Notes under the pieces: generated by a model | What the model saw: only the letters and a program-made list of their open reading frames with translations | Database searches by the model: none | What the model was told of the DNA's origin: nothing | Made by a program: the position numbers and the translations under genes | Source: Deltaproteobacteria bacterium | Lineage (GTDB): Bacteria > UBA10199 > 2-02-FULL-44-16 > JAAZCA01 | Assembly: GCA_018645265.1 (NCBI GenBank) | Contig: JABGOS010000079.1 | Span: 11,924 to 64,771 of the forward strand | Reading direction: 5' to 3' | DNA: 52,848 bases | In this document: piece after piece, positions 7,505 to 18,201 of the stretch | How positions within the stretch are numbered: position 1 is the stretch's first letter | How the letters are laid out: each line of letters starts with the position of its first letter

Positions 7505-9187
7505 ATGCTGCAATCCCTGCATATAAAGGACTTTGCGATCATAGATGAGCTCGAAGTCGAGTTTGCACCAGGCCTCAATATCATGACCGGAGAGACCGGT
7601 GCAGGCAAGACGATCATCATCGAAGCCCTGAACTTGGTGATGGGGTCGCGTGCACAAACCGATCTCATAAGGTCTGGCAGAGAGAAGGCCTATGTAACAG
7701 CGACCTTTGACGGCGCTAGGATCTCACCTGAGCTCAAGGATCATCTGGACCGAGCTGGCATCGAGTGTCAGGATGATCTGATAGTCCACAGGATTATAGG
7801 TAGCGCGGGTAAAGGCAGGATTTCAGTAAATGGCGTGCCGGTTACCGGCTCCTCCCTTAGAGAGATAGCTGAGAGACTCGTCGATGTTTCAAGTCAACAT
7901 GAGCACCAACTTCTCCTCGACCGTTCAAATCACGTGAGCGTTTTGGATTTCTACGCAGGTCACGACGATCTCGTCAGGGGATATAGGGGTATCCATCAGA
8001 AGTATGTCGAACTAAATTGCGAAATAAAACATCTGGAGAATAACGAGCGTGAGGCGAAGGAGAAGCTCGAGTTCCTCAAGTTTCAATTCGACGAAATCAA
8101 ATCTGCAGATTTGAGCCCAGGTGAAGATGCGGAGATTGAAAATAAGAGGTCACGACTCAAACACTCTGCGGCGCTCGAGGAGAAGAGTCGTTCCGTAGAG
8201 GCTATGCTTTATGGGGATTCGGGGTCCGCTATTGAAGTTCTCGACAATTCTTCTCGACTTCTCTCTGAAGGGTCAAGATTTGATGTGGAGCTTCAGAAGA
8301 TGTCTCAGGGGTTGGAGAGAGCGAGATCAGAAATCGAGGATGTCGCCAGGGAGATTTCACGTTACGCGGATGCATTGGATTCCGATCCTGCTACCCTCGA
8401 GGCCCTGGAGGAACGTTGGCATCTGATGCGGGGGTTGATCAGAAAACACGGTGGCTCTATAGAATCGTGTTTATCCAAGGCGGATGAACTCTCTCATGAA
8501 ATTGATAGTATCGCGAATTATGATGAAATTCTTGCACAGAAGAGAATCGATCTGGAAAATTTAGCACTCGATAGAAGGAGTATTGCAAAGGAACTTGGCA
8601 AATCGAGAAATCAAGCGGCTACGAAGATGTCCGGCGCTGTAGCATCTAATCTTTCAGATCTAGGTATGGGAAAGACGAGTTTTTCGATTCAGATCGAGGA
8701 CCTTTCTGAAGATTGCTGGGATGAGAGCGGACCCAGCTCAGTCGAGTTTATGTTAGCTCCAAACGTTGGTGAACCTGCACTTCCCCTTGTAAAAATTGCA
8801 TCCGGAGGAGAACTCTCCCGTATCATGTTGGTTCTTAAAAGCGCTCTTTCAGATAAAGCGAATTTGGCGAGCACTTCGATATTCGACGAGGTAGACAGCG
8901 GTATAGGAGGTGCTGTTGCTGAGGTCGTAGGTAAAAAACTCAAGCAGGTTTCAAAATCAAAACAAATCATATGTATCACCCATCTGCCTCAGGTTGCTGT
9001 CTATGGCGATAGCCATATAAAGATATTAAAACAGATCAAGGCGGGTAGAACGGTTACGAAGCTCAATAGACTTCCGGCAGATGACAGGGTTGACGAGATA
9101 GCGAGGATGCTCGGCGGTGAAAAAATTACGGATGCCACGAGGGCTCACGCGGTGGAGATGATCGAAAATGCTCGGAAGGGTGAATAG
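7505..9187 (+). CDS. recN: DNA repair protein RecN
   Basis: TGETGAGK Walker A, ASGGELSR, IFDEVDSGIGG, CITHLPQVA, EIARMLGG. Confidence 0.97.
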   Translation: MLQSLHIKDFAIIDELEVEFAPGLNIMTGETGAGKTIIIEALNLVMGSRAQTDLIRSGREKAYVTATFDGARISPELKDHLDRAGIECQDDLIVHRIIGSAGKGRISVNGVPVTGSSLREIAERLVDVSSQHEHQLLLDRSNHVSVLDFYAGHDDLVRGYRGIHQKYVELNCEIKHLENNEREAKEKLEFLKFQFDEIKSADLSPGEDAEIENKRSRLKHSAALEEKSRSVEAMLYGDSGSAIEVLDNSSRLLSEGSRFDVELQKMSQGLERARSEIEDVAREISRYADALDSDPATLEALEERWHLMRGLIRKHGGSIESCLSKADELSHEIDSIANYDEILAQKRIDLENLALDRRSIAKELGKSRNQAATKMSGAVASNLSDLGMGKTSFSIQIEDLSEDCWDESGPSSVEFMLAPNVGEPALPLVKIASGGELSRIMLVLKSALSDKANLASTSIFDEVDSGIGGAVAEVVGKKLKQVSKSKQIICITHLPQVAVYGDSHIKILKQIKAGRTVTKLNRLPADDRVDEIARMLGGEKITDATRAHAVEMIENARKGE

Positions 9188-9197
9188 TAGGGGGAAT

Positions 9198-10535
9198 ATG
9201 GAATTAGATGCGGCGGTTCAAAATACGGTAAAAAAACTTGAAGGCGAAGATGTGGATATGTTTGAGGTCTTTGGAATGTCGAAGAGTTCGCTGAGTATTG
9301 AGGCGAAACGGCAGATGATACATATGTATCGACGCTCGACCAGCAGGGGTATCGCTGTACGTGTAGTCGCAGATGGCAGGATAGGTTGGTCGGCGACCAC
9401 AGATATATCTGCAAAGGAGGTAGCGAAGACGGTTTCGCATGCCATCGCATCCCTCAAAGTTTCTTCCTCATCAGATGAAGCAGTTATAGTAAAACCGCAG
9501 GAGCCCGAAGGGGGATTCTACGAACGAGTGGGAAGATCCTACTCTGAGATATCCGATGATGAGAAGATGCAGATGGCCTTGAAACTTGAAAGTGAGGCGA
9601 TAGCATCGGACAAGAGGCTGGCACGAGTGAGAAGCCCTATTTATGAGGAGGAGACTGTTCAGTTTTCAATCGTGAATTCGAACGGTGTATTTCTCAACGC
9701 CAAGCGAGGGCTTGTCTCAGCTATGCTTTTGGCGATTGCTACCGAAGAGGGTGTATCTGAGAGCGAATTTGATTTCGTATTTACGCCAAGGTTCGAAGAT
9801 CTGGATGTTCAGAGTATAGCTAGAAATGCCGCGGAGCGGGCTGTGGCAAAGCTAGGTGCTACATCGATGGAAGGTGGACAGTATCCGGTCATTTTCGAAA
9901 ATAGGGCGGCATCCTCTATGCTTAAGATTTTGTCCCCATCGTTCTTTGCCGACAACGTTCAGAGATCGAAATCGAGACTGGCCGGGCAGGTGGGCGAAGA
10001 GGTCTACAGTCCCTTGGTTACGATAATAGATGATGGACTCCTGCCGGATGGTTTTGGATCGTTTGCCTTCGATGGTGAAGGGGTTCCGTCTCAGAGAAAT
10101 ATTTTAGTTAGCAGTGGTAAAATCAACTCCTTTCTCTACGATGGACCGCGGGCTAATAAGGATGGTGTGCCATCCACCGGCAATTGTATGAGAGCTGATG
10201 TAAACGACATTCCATCTATAGGTGTAACGAATTTTTTCTTAAAAGCAGGGACGACTAAGGCTGGAGATCTCATGTCGGATGTTAGCAAGGGACTGTTCGT
10301 TACCAATCTCTTGGGTATTCATACGGCAAACCCGATCAGTGGCGATTTTTCATTCGGGGCTGAGGGCTTTCTCATTAAGGATGGTAGGAAGGATAGGCCG
10401 GTAAGGGGTGTCACGATTGCTGGAAATACGCATGATCTTTTTAAGGATATTGTTGCTGTTGCGGATGATCTTACCTTCAGAAGTCAGTGTGGGTCCCCTT
10501 CATTTAGGGTGGATGGACTTATGGTAGCCAGCTAG
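9198..10535 (+). CDS. pmbA: TldD/PmbA family protein (PmbA-like)
   Basis: FDGEGVP, STGN, HTANPISGDFS, TIAGN motifs; no HExxH; ATG at 9198 after GGGGG RBS preferred over 9168. Confidence 0.85.
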   Translation: MELDAAVQNTVKKLEGEDVDMFEVFGMSKSSLSIEAKRQMIHMYRRSTSRGIAVRVVADGRIGWSATTDISAKEVAKTVSHAIASLKVSSSSDEAVIVKPQEPEGGFYERVGRSYSEISDDEKMQMALKLESEAIASDKRLARVRSPIYEEETVQFSIVNSNGVFLNAKRGLVSAMLLAIATEEGVSESEFDFVFTPRFEDLDVQSIARNAAERAVAKLGATSMEGGQYPVIFENRAASSMLKILSPSFFADNVQRSKSRLAGQVGEEVYSPLVTIIDDGLLPDGFGSFAFDGEGVPSQRNILVSSGKINSFLYDGPRANKDGVPSTGNCMRADVNDIPSIGVTNFFLKAGTTKAGDLMSDVSKGLFVTNLLGIHTANPISGDFSFGAEGFLIKDGRKDRPVRGVTIAGNTHDLFKDIVAVADDLTFRSQCGSPSFRVDGLMVAS

Positions 10536-10564
10536 AATTTACGGATGATTATTATCGATCTTTT

Positions 10565-10605
10565 TTCGGTCCTTGATGAAGGGGCCGAAGGGATTGATTT
10601 TTTTT
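10565..10605 (+). terminator. Probable intrinsic terminator after pmbA
   Basis: TTCGGTCCTT-GATG-AAGGGGCCGAA hairpin with T tracts nearby. Confidence 0.55.
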
Positions 10606-10696
10606 GCTTTTCAAGGCATAAAAGTCAAATTAGGATGAAGAAAGCGGTGTAGTTTGTATGAGTATTAACTTAGATAATCTAAATTAAAGGTGGCGG

Positions 10697-11539
10697 ATGA
10701 AGGTTAAATCCTTTGGCATCTCCGATGTGGGTAAACGGCGCGAAAAGAACGAGGATAGCTTCCTGGCGAATCAGGAGCATATGCTCTTTGCTGTGGCTGA
10801 TGGTATGGGAGGGCATCTCGGAGGTGATATCGCCAGTAAATTAGCGGCCGAGACGATTGGAGAGGTAATATCTTCCCTGGAGACAGATCCTGATATGACG
10901 CTTCAGGAGGGTGGAATATCCGTCAAACCTGGCGAGTTTCAGAGCTATCTTCGTTATGCAATCAGACTTGCCAGTAAGAGAATTTTTGAAAAAGCTGATG
11001 GTGATGCCTCTCTTCGAGGAATGGGTACTACCACCGTCGCACTTCTACTGCGCAATGACAAAGCTTACATCGCCAACGTCGGGGACTCTCGCGTTTACAG
11101 GATTAGGGGAAATCAGATACTTCAGATCACGAAGGACCATTCCCTTGTAGCAGAGCAGATGAGGGCCGGCATTCTCTCCGAGAAGGATGCTAGAGTGCAC
11201 CGCTTTCGGAATATCATTACGCGCTCTGTTGGTTTTCAGGAGGATGTTGAAGCTGATGTAGACATAAGGGTTGTTCGTGAGGGGGATCGCTTCGTACTTT
11301 GCTCGGATGGACTCAGTAATATGATTAGGGATGATGAGATCAGGGACGTGATAGCCAATACCGATGTTGAACCTGGCTGCACGCGTTTGATCGATATTGC
11401 CAATGAGCGTGGTGGTGATGATAATATTACGGTAGTTGCGGTAGAGGTTGTGAGTGTGGAGGGTGATGGAGAGGTCTGTGATGATGAGGGTGATGATGAG
11501 GATGAATCTTGCCCTGACGAACAGACGATTGATATATAA
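10697..11539 (+). CDS. PP2C-family Ser/Thr phosphatase (Stp1/PrpC-like) with acidic tail
   Basis: SDVG..R..NED, VADGMGG, MGTT, NVGDSR, LCSDGL, GGDDNIT. Confidence 0.95.
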   Translation: MKVKSFGISDVGKRREKNEDSFLANQEHMLFAVADGMGGHLGGDIASKLAAETIGEVISSLETDPDMTLQEGGISVKPGEFQSYLRYAIRLASKRIFEKADGDASLRGMGTTTVALLLRNDKAYIANVGDSRVYRIRGNQILQITKDHSLVAEQMRAGILSEKDARVHRFRNIITRSVGFQEDVEADVDIRVVREGDRFVLCSDGLSNMIRDDEIRDVIANTDVEPGCTRLIDIANERGGDDNITVVAVEVVSVEGDGEVCDDEGDDEDESCPDEQTIDI

Positions 11540-11612
11540 AGCTTTTAATGATAGGTAGTTAGAGTGATATTGACACGATATTAGGGTTGTGTTACGAGGT
11601 TGATATAATTGT

Positions 11613-11625
11613 TAACATATTGATT
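11613..11625. promoter_or_regulatory. IHF-consensus site
   Basis: TAACATATTGATT is an exact reverse complement of WATCAANNNNTTR. Confidence 0.35.
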
Positions 11626-11659
11626 CTACTAATAAAATCCATAGACGAGAGAGATTCAT

Positions 11660-12649
11660 TTGAAGAGAACCGATACCAGAAGGAAACCGGCAAAGCACTT
11701 CAGTATCATGGTTGTTCCGCGCGGTTCCGCTAAGATAAGGCGCTTTGAAGTTTCGCGCAGAAAACTTAGGTGCGCATTTACTGCTGCAGCTACTTTTGGA
11801 ATTGTCGTTCTCATCGGAACAGTTTCGCTCTTCGTTTATCGTCATTCATATCTCAAGACGGAGGATGTTCGGGTTCAGTCAGCAGAGTTTATGATTGAGA
11901 AGGCTGAGCTTCTGAATCGCATCGCAGAGCTTGAAGGTTCTTTAAGTCGAATGGAGCGATTTGCATCGAAGATCGAAAGGGCGATGGATGTTTCTTCCAG
12001 CGCAGGTTCCCGTATTAAATCGATTGCAGGTCGTGGTCCCGTAGATGAGGAGTCTTGGTTGCCAGTTCCTGATAATTCATCTGCGAACTCTATCGCTGGT
12101 CTTGGTGCAAGTACATGGCGCTCTCCATTTTCAAAGAACTTGGGCAAGGGGTTGAAGCTCTCCCTGGATAAACTTTCAGATCGCATCGATAGAACTGAGG
12201 GAAAGGTTCATTCCGTATTTGCTCTTCAGAGGGATAAGCTGCATTTTTGGGCCTCCCTTCCTACGATATGGCCAACCAATGGATGGATTACATCTGAATT
12301 TGGTGCTGCACGCGGCTGGGGTGGTAACGGCAGAAGAAGACATGAGGGTGTCGATGTAGCTGGCCCCCGCGGCACCCCGATTATCGCGCCGGGTTCTGGT
12401 GTAGTTACTTTTACTGGATATAGACGGGGTTATGGTAAGACGGTAATGGTCGACCATGGATATGGGATAGCAACGCTCTATGGACATTGTCAGTCGCTCC
12501 TCGTGGATGAGGGGCAGCCGGTTAAGAGAGGAATGGTAATAGCGACGATCGGAAATACAGGTAGAAGCACAGGTCCACATCTTCATTACGAAGTGCAGGT
12601 TGAGGGTGTTCCGGTTAATCCTATGCTGTACATCATGAATGATCTTTAG
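11660..12649 (+). CDS. M23 family peptidoglycan endopeptidase (TM + coiled coil + LytM domain)
   Basis: HEGVD, TLYGH and STGPHLHYEV zinc motifs; start codon uncertain. Confidence 0.92.
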   Translation: MKRTDTRRKPAKHFSIMVVPRGSAKIRRFEVSRRKLRCAFTAAATFGIVVLIGTVSLFVYRHSYLKTEDVRVQSAEFMIEKAELLNRIAELEGSLSRMERFASKIERAMDVSSSAGSRIKSIAGRGPVDEESWLPVPDNSSANSIAGLGASTWRSPFSKNLGKGLKLSLDKLSDRIDRTEGKVHSVFALQRDKLHFWASLPTIWPTNGWITSEFGAARGWGGNGRRRHEGVDVAGPRGTPIIAPGSGVVTFTGYRRGYGKTVMVDHGYGIATLYGHCQSLLVDEGQPVKRGMVIATIGNTGRSTGPHLHYEVQVEGVPVNPMLYIMNDL

Positions 12650-12687
12650 TTCCGATTTGGTCTCCTATTTCTATATAAACACTTCAG

Positions 12688-15369
12688 ATGATTTCATTTT
12701 TCTTAAAAAAAATCTTCGGTACGAAGAATGAACGTGAGCTTAAACGAGTTCTGCCAATCGTCGAGAGCATAAACCTGCTCGAAGCGGATATTAAGAAGCT
12801 TACGGACGATCAACTAAAAGCAAAGACCGATGAATTTAAGGGGCGGGTAGAGGCTGGTGAGTCCTTGGAGGATTTATTGCCTGAGGCCTTTGCGGTTGTT
12901 CGTGAGGCCAGTATTCGCACCTTGGGTATGCGTCACTTCGATGTGCAGCTTTTCGGTGGCGTTGTGCTTCATGAGGGCAAAATTGCCGAGATGAAGACGG
13001 GAGAGGGCAAAACCCTCGTCGCAACGCTAGCGGTTTATCTCAACTCGCTCAGTGGAAAGGGTGTTCATGTTATTACAGTCAATGACTATCTCGCGAAGCG
13101 TGATTCAGACTGGATGGGACAGGTTTATAGGTTTCTAGGGCTTTCAGTAGGCGTGATCGTTCATGGTCTCGATGATGAGGAGAGGCAGGAAGCCTACAAC
13201 GCGGATGTAACATATGGAACCAACAATGAGTTCGGTTTCGACTATCTTCGCGACAACATGAAGTTCGACTCCACACAGTTTGTTCAAAGACCTCTCAATT
13301 TTTGCATCGTTGATGAGGTTGACTCAGCGCTTATAGATGAAGCTAGGACTCCGTTGATCATTTCAGGTCCGGCAGAACAATCCACGGAGCTGTATTATGT
13401 CATCAACGGTATAGTGCCCTACCTCAAGAATGAGAAGCACTATAATGTTGATGAAAAAGCGAAGTCGGCAGTCTTAACAGAGGAGGGAGTTGCTGAGGTT
13501 GAAAAACGTCTGAACATATCCAATCTCTACGATCCGCAGAATATAAATCTTCTTCATCACGTCAACCAGGCCCTAAGGGCACATTCACTCTATACGCGAG
13601 ATGTCGATTACGTGATCAACGATGGCAAGATTGTGATAGTTGATGAATTTACGGGAAGGTTGATGCCCGGCAGAAGATGGAGTGATGGGCTTCATCAGGC
13701 TATTGAGGCTAGGGAAAATGTAAGGATTGAAAATGAGAACCAGACTTTGGCTACGATTACATTCCAGAACTTTTTCAGAATGTACAATAAGCTGTCTGGA
13801 ATGACTGGTACTGCGGACACTGAAGCCGAGGAGTTCGCCAAAATTTATAATCTCGATGTTATCGTTGTTCCTACTCATATGCCGTTAGTCAGAAAGGATA
13901 ATGCGGATAAGATCTATAAGACGGAAGAGTCCAAATGCAAAGCTGTGGTCGAACACGTTAAAGAGATGAGTGCACGCGGCCAGCCAGTTCTTGTAGGTAC
14001 AATATCTATTGATAAGTCTGAGAAACTTTCAAAAATGCTCAAGCGTTATGGTGTTCCACATCATGTGCTGAATGCAAAGCATCATGATAGGGAGGCGGAG
14101 ATCGTCGCCCAGGCAGGGAGAAAGGGTGCTGTAACCATATCTACGAATATGGCTGGTCGAGGAACTGATATTCTTCTCGGTGGTAACCCGGATTTTTTGG
14201 CAAAGAGCAGGGTGGGTCTCGACTCCCCTCCGGATGTCTTTGAGTCCGTTCTATCTGAGTGTAAAGAGATCTGTGCAGCTGAGAAGGACCATGTGTTAAA
14301 AGCTGGGGGGCTTTATATTCTCGGGACGGAGCGTCATGAAAGTAGGCGAATTGACAACCAGCTCCGAGGTAGGGCTGCCCGTCAGGGTGATCCCGGTGAA
14401 TCCTGTTTCTTTCTCTCCCTCCAGGACGATCTTCTTAGGGTGTTCGGTGGTGAGCGTATATCGGGCTTGATGGATAGGATTGGTATGGAGGAGGATGAGG
14501 AAATCCAGCATCCGTGGCTTTCCAGAGCTATTGAAAATGCACAGCGTAAGGTTGAGGGCCACAACTTTCTGATTCGTAAAAACCTCCTTGAGTTCGATGA
14601 TGTGATGAATCAGCAGAGAACGACCGTATATGGAAGGCGTCGTGAAATTCTTCAAAACGCCAGCAGTAAAGATATGGTTTTGGATATGGTCGACCAGTTG
14701 GTGACTGAGGTCGTTGAAAGTAGCGTCCCCGAGAAAATAGATGCGAATTTTGATCCTTCACTTCTTGAGGAGAGGGTTACGACGCGCTTCAATATGTCAT
14801 TCTCATTTAGCGAGATATCTCAGGATATCAAGAACCAGCAGGATTTTGGTTCCGACCTTTTCGATCGTGTCTGCGCCTATTATAATGAGCGTGAAGAAGC
14901 CAATGGTGTAGAAATGATGCGCCGAATTGAGACCATATTGCTTCTTCAAACCCTAGATTCTCTCTGGAAGGACCATCTCCTCTCGATGGATCATCTGAAG
15001 GAGGGAATAGGGCTTCGGAGCTATGGGCAGAAGGATCCATTGCTTGAGTACAAAAAAGAAGGATATATTCTGTTTAGAAATATGATGGATCGCTTCGTAT
15101 CCGACGTCACAGAAAAATTATTCAGGGTGCAGGTGACCACCGAGGATAGCGTGGCAAAGGCTGCAGAGGCTGGAAAGGCAAAGCAGCCAGTGAGGGTTGA
15201 ACACGCGGAAGCTAGAGCGTTTGATTCGAACGCCCTCGCTCCTGATGAATCCAAGGGGGGTAGGGGCAGAAAGCAGGAGACTGTAAAGCGTGATGCCCCT
15301 AAAGTTGGTAGAAATGACCCATGCCCATGTGGCAGCGGCAAGAAGCATAAGAAGTGCTGTGGTGCTTGA
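12688..15369 (+). CDS. secA: Preprotein translocase ATPase SecA
   Basis: [39 protein letters not shown]-terminal [18 protein letters not shown]. Confidence 0.99.
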   Translation: MISFFLKKIFGTKNERELKRVLPIVESINLLEADIKKLTDDQLKAKTDEFKGRVEAGESLEDLLPEAFAVVREASIRTLGMRHFDVQLFGGVVLHEGKIAEMKTGEGKTLVATLAVYLNSLSGKGVHVITVNDYLAKRDSDWMGQVYRFLGLSVGVIVHGLDDEERQEAYNADVTYGTNNEFGFDYLRDNMKFDSTQFVQRPLNFCIVDEVDSALIDEARTPLIISGPAEQSTELYYVINGIVPYLKNEKHYNVDEKAKSAVLTEEGVAEVEKRLNISNLYDPQNINLLHHVNQALRAHSLYTRDVDYVINDGKIVIVDEFTGRLMPGRRWSDGLHQAIEARENVRIENENQTLATITFQNFFRMYNKLSGMTGTADTEAEEFAKIYNLDVIVVPTHMPLVRKDNADKIYKTEESKCKAVVEHVKEMSARGQPVLVGTISIDKSEKLSKMLKRYGVPHHVLNAKHHDREAEIVAQAGRKGAVTISTNMAGRGTDILLGGNPDFLAKSRVGLDSPPDVFESVLSECKEICAAEKDHVLKAGGLYILGTERHESRRIDNQLRGRAARQGDPGESCFFLSLQDDLLRVFGGERISGLMDRIGMEEDEEIQHPWLSRAIENAQRKVEGHNFLIRKNLLEFDDVMNQQRTTVYGRRREILQNASSKDMVLDMVDQLVTEVVESSVPEKIDANFDPSLLEERVTTRFNMSFSFSEISQDIKNQQDFGSDLFDRVCAYYNEREEANGVEMMRRIETILLLQTLDSLWKDHLLSMDHLKEGIGLRSYGQKDPLLEYKKEGYILFRNMMDRFVSDVTEKLFRVQVTTEDSVAKAAEAGKAKQPVRVEHAEARAFDSNALAPDESKGGRGRKQETVKRDAPKVGRNDPCPCGSGKKHKKCCGA

Positions 15370-15373
15370 TAGG

Positions 15374-15455
15374 CCGTTATTCGTGGTTTGATTCTCGTTA
15401 TTCATGGAGTCTGTATCTTAAACAATGAGAATCGAACGACGAATAACGGTTTTTT
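15374..15455 (+). terminator. Long imperfect inverted repeat (29-bp arms) followed by T6
   Basis: 15374-15402 pairs with 15421-15449 (25/29 Watson-Crick plus 2 G-U), 18-nt loop, TTTTTT follows. Confidence 0.65.
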
Positions 15456-15494
15456 CGTTGGAATTATTCATTAAACTGATAAAATGATTTTCCT

Positions 15495-17672
15495 ATGGCG
15501 ACGAATCCTTCACAAATTCCAGGCTCTCAAGGTGGCGATGGTCGTAACTCGGGGGCTGTGAATGATATAATCGCTAAGTACAGTGATGTCCTTCTGGCAG
15601 CTCTTGTCGTTGCAGTCATAGGAATGATCGTCATTCCTCTGCCCACCTGGCTGGTAGATATTCTCCTCACCATACAGATCACGATAGCGATTATAATATT
15701 GCTTGTAGCGCTCTATATCAGCGATGCCCTTAAATTTGCCTCCTTTCCGACGATTCTGCTGATAGCTACGCTGTATAGGCTGTCTTTGAATATATCGACA
15801 ACACGTTTGATTCTGGCCAGGGCTGATGCTGGTGAAGTAGTCAGGGCATTTGGTACATTCGTTGTCCAGGGAAACTACGTCGTTGGTGGAATTCTCTTTA
15901 TCATCGTGACGCTCGTCAACTTCATCGTTATCGCGAAGGGTGCAGAGCGTGTTTCCGAGGTCGGAGCCAGGTTTACATTGGACGCGATGCCTGGAAAGCA
16001 GATGTCTATCGATGCTGATCTTCGTGCCGGCATTATTAATATGGAGCAGGCGGTCGAAAGAAGAAAGACCCTTCATCGTGAAAGTCAGATGTACGGAGCT
16101 ATGGACGGTGCGATGAAGTTTGTTAAGGGAGATGCGATTGCCGGCATGATCGTTACCCTTATCAATATTATAGGTGGTTTGATCATCGGTGCAACATTTC
16201 GTGGAATGCCTTTGCTAGAAGCAGTGAAAACGTACTCCCTTCTAACAATCGGTGATGGTTTGGTGCAGCAGATACCAGCGCTAGTTATATCGGTTTCAGC
16301 TGGTATCGTCGTGACCCGAGTTGCATCGGAGAGCGAGGGCTCAAACCTCGGTAGGGATATAGTCACGCAGGTCACGGCATATCCAAAAGCTATGATAATC
16401 GCAGCGGTAATATTGCTGATCATGGCCATCGTACCAGGCCTTCCCAAGATACCGTTTATAATCTTAGGAGTAGTCGTCGGTGGTATTGCCCTCTACCTCA
16501 TAAAGTCCAGGGCGAATGTTGTTAGGGAAATTTCTGAGACGCCGAAGCAGGAGGCGGTCAAAAGGGCAGTCAAGAAGCATGGAGATGTTTTGCCGTTCAT
16601 CATGCCCAGCCCAATTTCCTTGGAAGTTGGAAGCGGTCTTATTCCATTCGTTGATGATTCACAGGATGGCGGGCGGTTTATAAACGAGCTGATTCCGCTG
16701 CTGAGGCACGGACTTTACTATGAGCTTGGTGTTAACTTTCCAGGTATACAGGTGCGTGGTCAGACTGTGGATATGGAAACCGAGGCGTATGTTATCAATA
16801 TAAATGAAGTGCCGGTTGCTCAGGGTAAAATCGTACAGGGACATATACTCGTCGGTGAGCCGTTAGAACAGTTACAGCTCTTTAATATAGTTGGCACAGA
16901 GACGATACACCCTATCGATGGTTCCGTCGTTACCTGGATTTCGGAGGAGTATAAGGATGTTGCCACGCAGGCTGGTTTTAGAATGTGGGACCCAGCTGAG
17001 TACTTGATACTTCATCTTTCCTACATACTGAGAAAGTACGCGCATGAATTTTTAGGAGTGCAGGAAGTGCAAACTATGCTTACTGAGCTTGAGAAGAGCC
17101 ACCCAGCGCTTATTCGCGAGCTGATCCCCAAGGTAGTAACCCTGCTTCAGCTTTCCGAAATTTTTCAGAGGCTCGTGCAAGAGGACATCGCTATCAGGGA
17201 TTTGAAGAGTGTGTTCTCCACGCTCGCTCAGTGGGGTGAGATAGAGCGCGACACTCTAATGCTGACAGAGCATGTGAGGGCGGGGTTGAAGAGGTATATC
17301 ACTCATAAGTTTGCTGGAAGTGCGAATACCTTAGCCGTCTATCTGTTAGATCCGGATATCGAGGACCTCGTAAAGAACTCAATAAGAAGAACTGAGAAGG
17401 GTAACTATCTGGCACTGGAACCGGAAATTACGCAGGAGATAGTTGAGGCGGTTGGAAAGGAGATTGCGAGTCATCCATTTCCACCTGGTGCAAGGCCTCC
17501 TGTGATTCTCACGACAGCCGAGATACGTCGTTATTTTAGGAAAATAGTCGAACTTGAATTTCCACAATTATCAGTATTATCCTACCAGGAATTGTCGGAA
17601 AATTTAAGGATTCAACCCATCGCAAGGGTTAGTTTGCCTGAGGGTGTATTCGAGACGGCTGCAGCTGTCTAA
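15495..17672 (+). CDS. sctV: Type III secretion export gate, FHIPEP family (SctV/FlhA)
   Basis: FPTILL..TL.RL.LNISTTR, KGAERVSEVGARFTLDAMPGKQMSIDADL, GAMDGAMKFVKGDAIAG, LLTIGDGLV.QIP; SctV versus FlhA not resolved by eye. Confidence 0.85.
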   Translation: MATNPSQIPGSQGGDGRNSGAVNDIIAKYSDVLLAALVVAVIGMIVIPLPTWLVDILLTIQITIAIIILLVALYISDALKFASFPTILLIATLYRLSLNISTTRLILARADAGEVVRAFGTFVVQGNYVVGGILFIIVTLVNFIVIAKGAERVSEVGARFTLDAMPGKQMSIDADLRAGIINMEQAVERRKTLHRESQMYGAMDGAMKFVKGDAIAGMIVTLINIIGGLIIGATFRGMPLLEAVKTYSLLTIGDGLVQQIPALVISVSAGIVVTRVASESEGSNLGRDIVTQVTAYPKAMIIAAVILLIMAIVPGLPKIPFIILGVVVGGIALYLIKSRANVVREISETPKQEAVKRAVKKHGDVLPFIMPSPISLEVGSGLIPFVDDSQDGGRFINELIPLLRHGLYYELGVNFPGIQVRGQTVDMETEAYVININEVPVAQGKIVQGHILVGEPLEQLQLFNIVGTETIHPIDGSVVTWISEEYKDVATQAGFRMWDPAEYLILHLSYILRKYAHEFLGVQEVQTMLTELEKSHPALIRELIPKVVTLLQLSEIFQRLVQEDIAIRDLKSVFSTLAQWGEIERDTLMLTEHVRAGLKRYITHKFAGSANTLAVYLLDPDIEDLVKNSIRRTEKGNYLALEPEITQEIVEAVGKEIASHPFPPGARPPVILTTAEIRRYFRKIVELEFPQLSVLSYQELSENLRIQPIARVSLPEGVFETAAAV

Positions 17673-17745
17673 GGCCTTATAAAACAGTTCTTAGAATTCC
17701 ATAAATATTGTATAATATTAAATAAAGGAGTATAATATCCTGAAT

Positions 17746-18162
17746 GTGGGAGAATTTATGACTCAAGAGATAGGGTGTAGGCGCAAGCTACTGATAATCG
17801 ATGATGAAGTTGATATTTTGGAATTATTGAAGGTTCGTTTTGAGGCAGTCGGTTATGATGTTTCAATAGCTATGAGCGGGCGGAGTGGAATCGATATAGC
17901 GATGGCGAAGCAGCCCGATGTAATCATACTCGATATTATGATGCCGGGAATGGATGGTTTTGAAGTGTTGAAAAGACTGAAGGACGGGGCTTCTCCTGTG
18001 AATAATATTCCGGTTATTATTCTATCCTGTTCCGCGGAGGAGAAGAAGTCGGAAAAAATTTGTAGGAAGATCGGTGCTGTAGATTATATGGTCAAACCAT
18101 GCGATGCGATAAAACTCATAGATAGGATAGATAAGATTGTCGACCATCAGGATTGTGTTTAG
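17746..18162 (+). CDS. Single-domain response regulator
   Basis: LIIDDE, PDVIILDIMMPGMDG, GAVDYMVKP; start probably ATG 17758. Confidence 0.92.
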   Translation: MGEFMTQEIGCRRKLLIIDDEVDILELLKVRFEAVGYDVSIAMSGRSGIDIAMAKQPDVIILDIMMPGMDGFEVLKRLKDGASPVNNIPVIILSCSAEEKKSEKICRKIGAVDYMVKPCDAIKLIDRIDKIVDHQDCV

Positions 18163-18201
18163 TAAATTCCAAGATCGTCAGTATTAAGATATCAATTGGA
18201 T

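Noticed and set aside
11458-11506. GAT/GAG-rich low-complexity tract
   Set aside because: Simply encodes the acidic PP2C tail
15460-15482. CTGATAA upstream of sctV as a member of the orphan promoter motif
   Set aside because: -10 mismatch and no GCAAC at the right spacing
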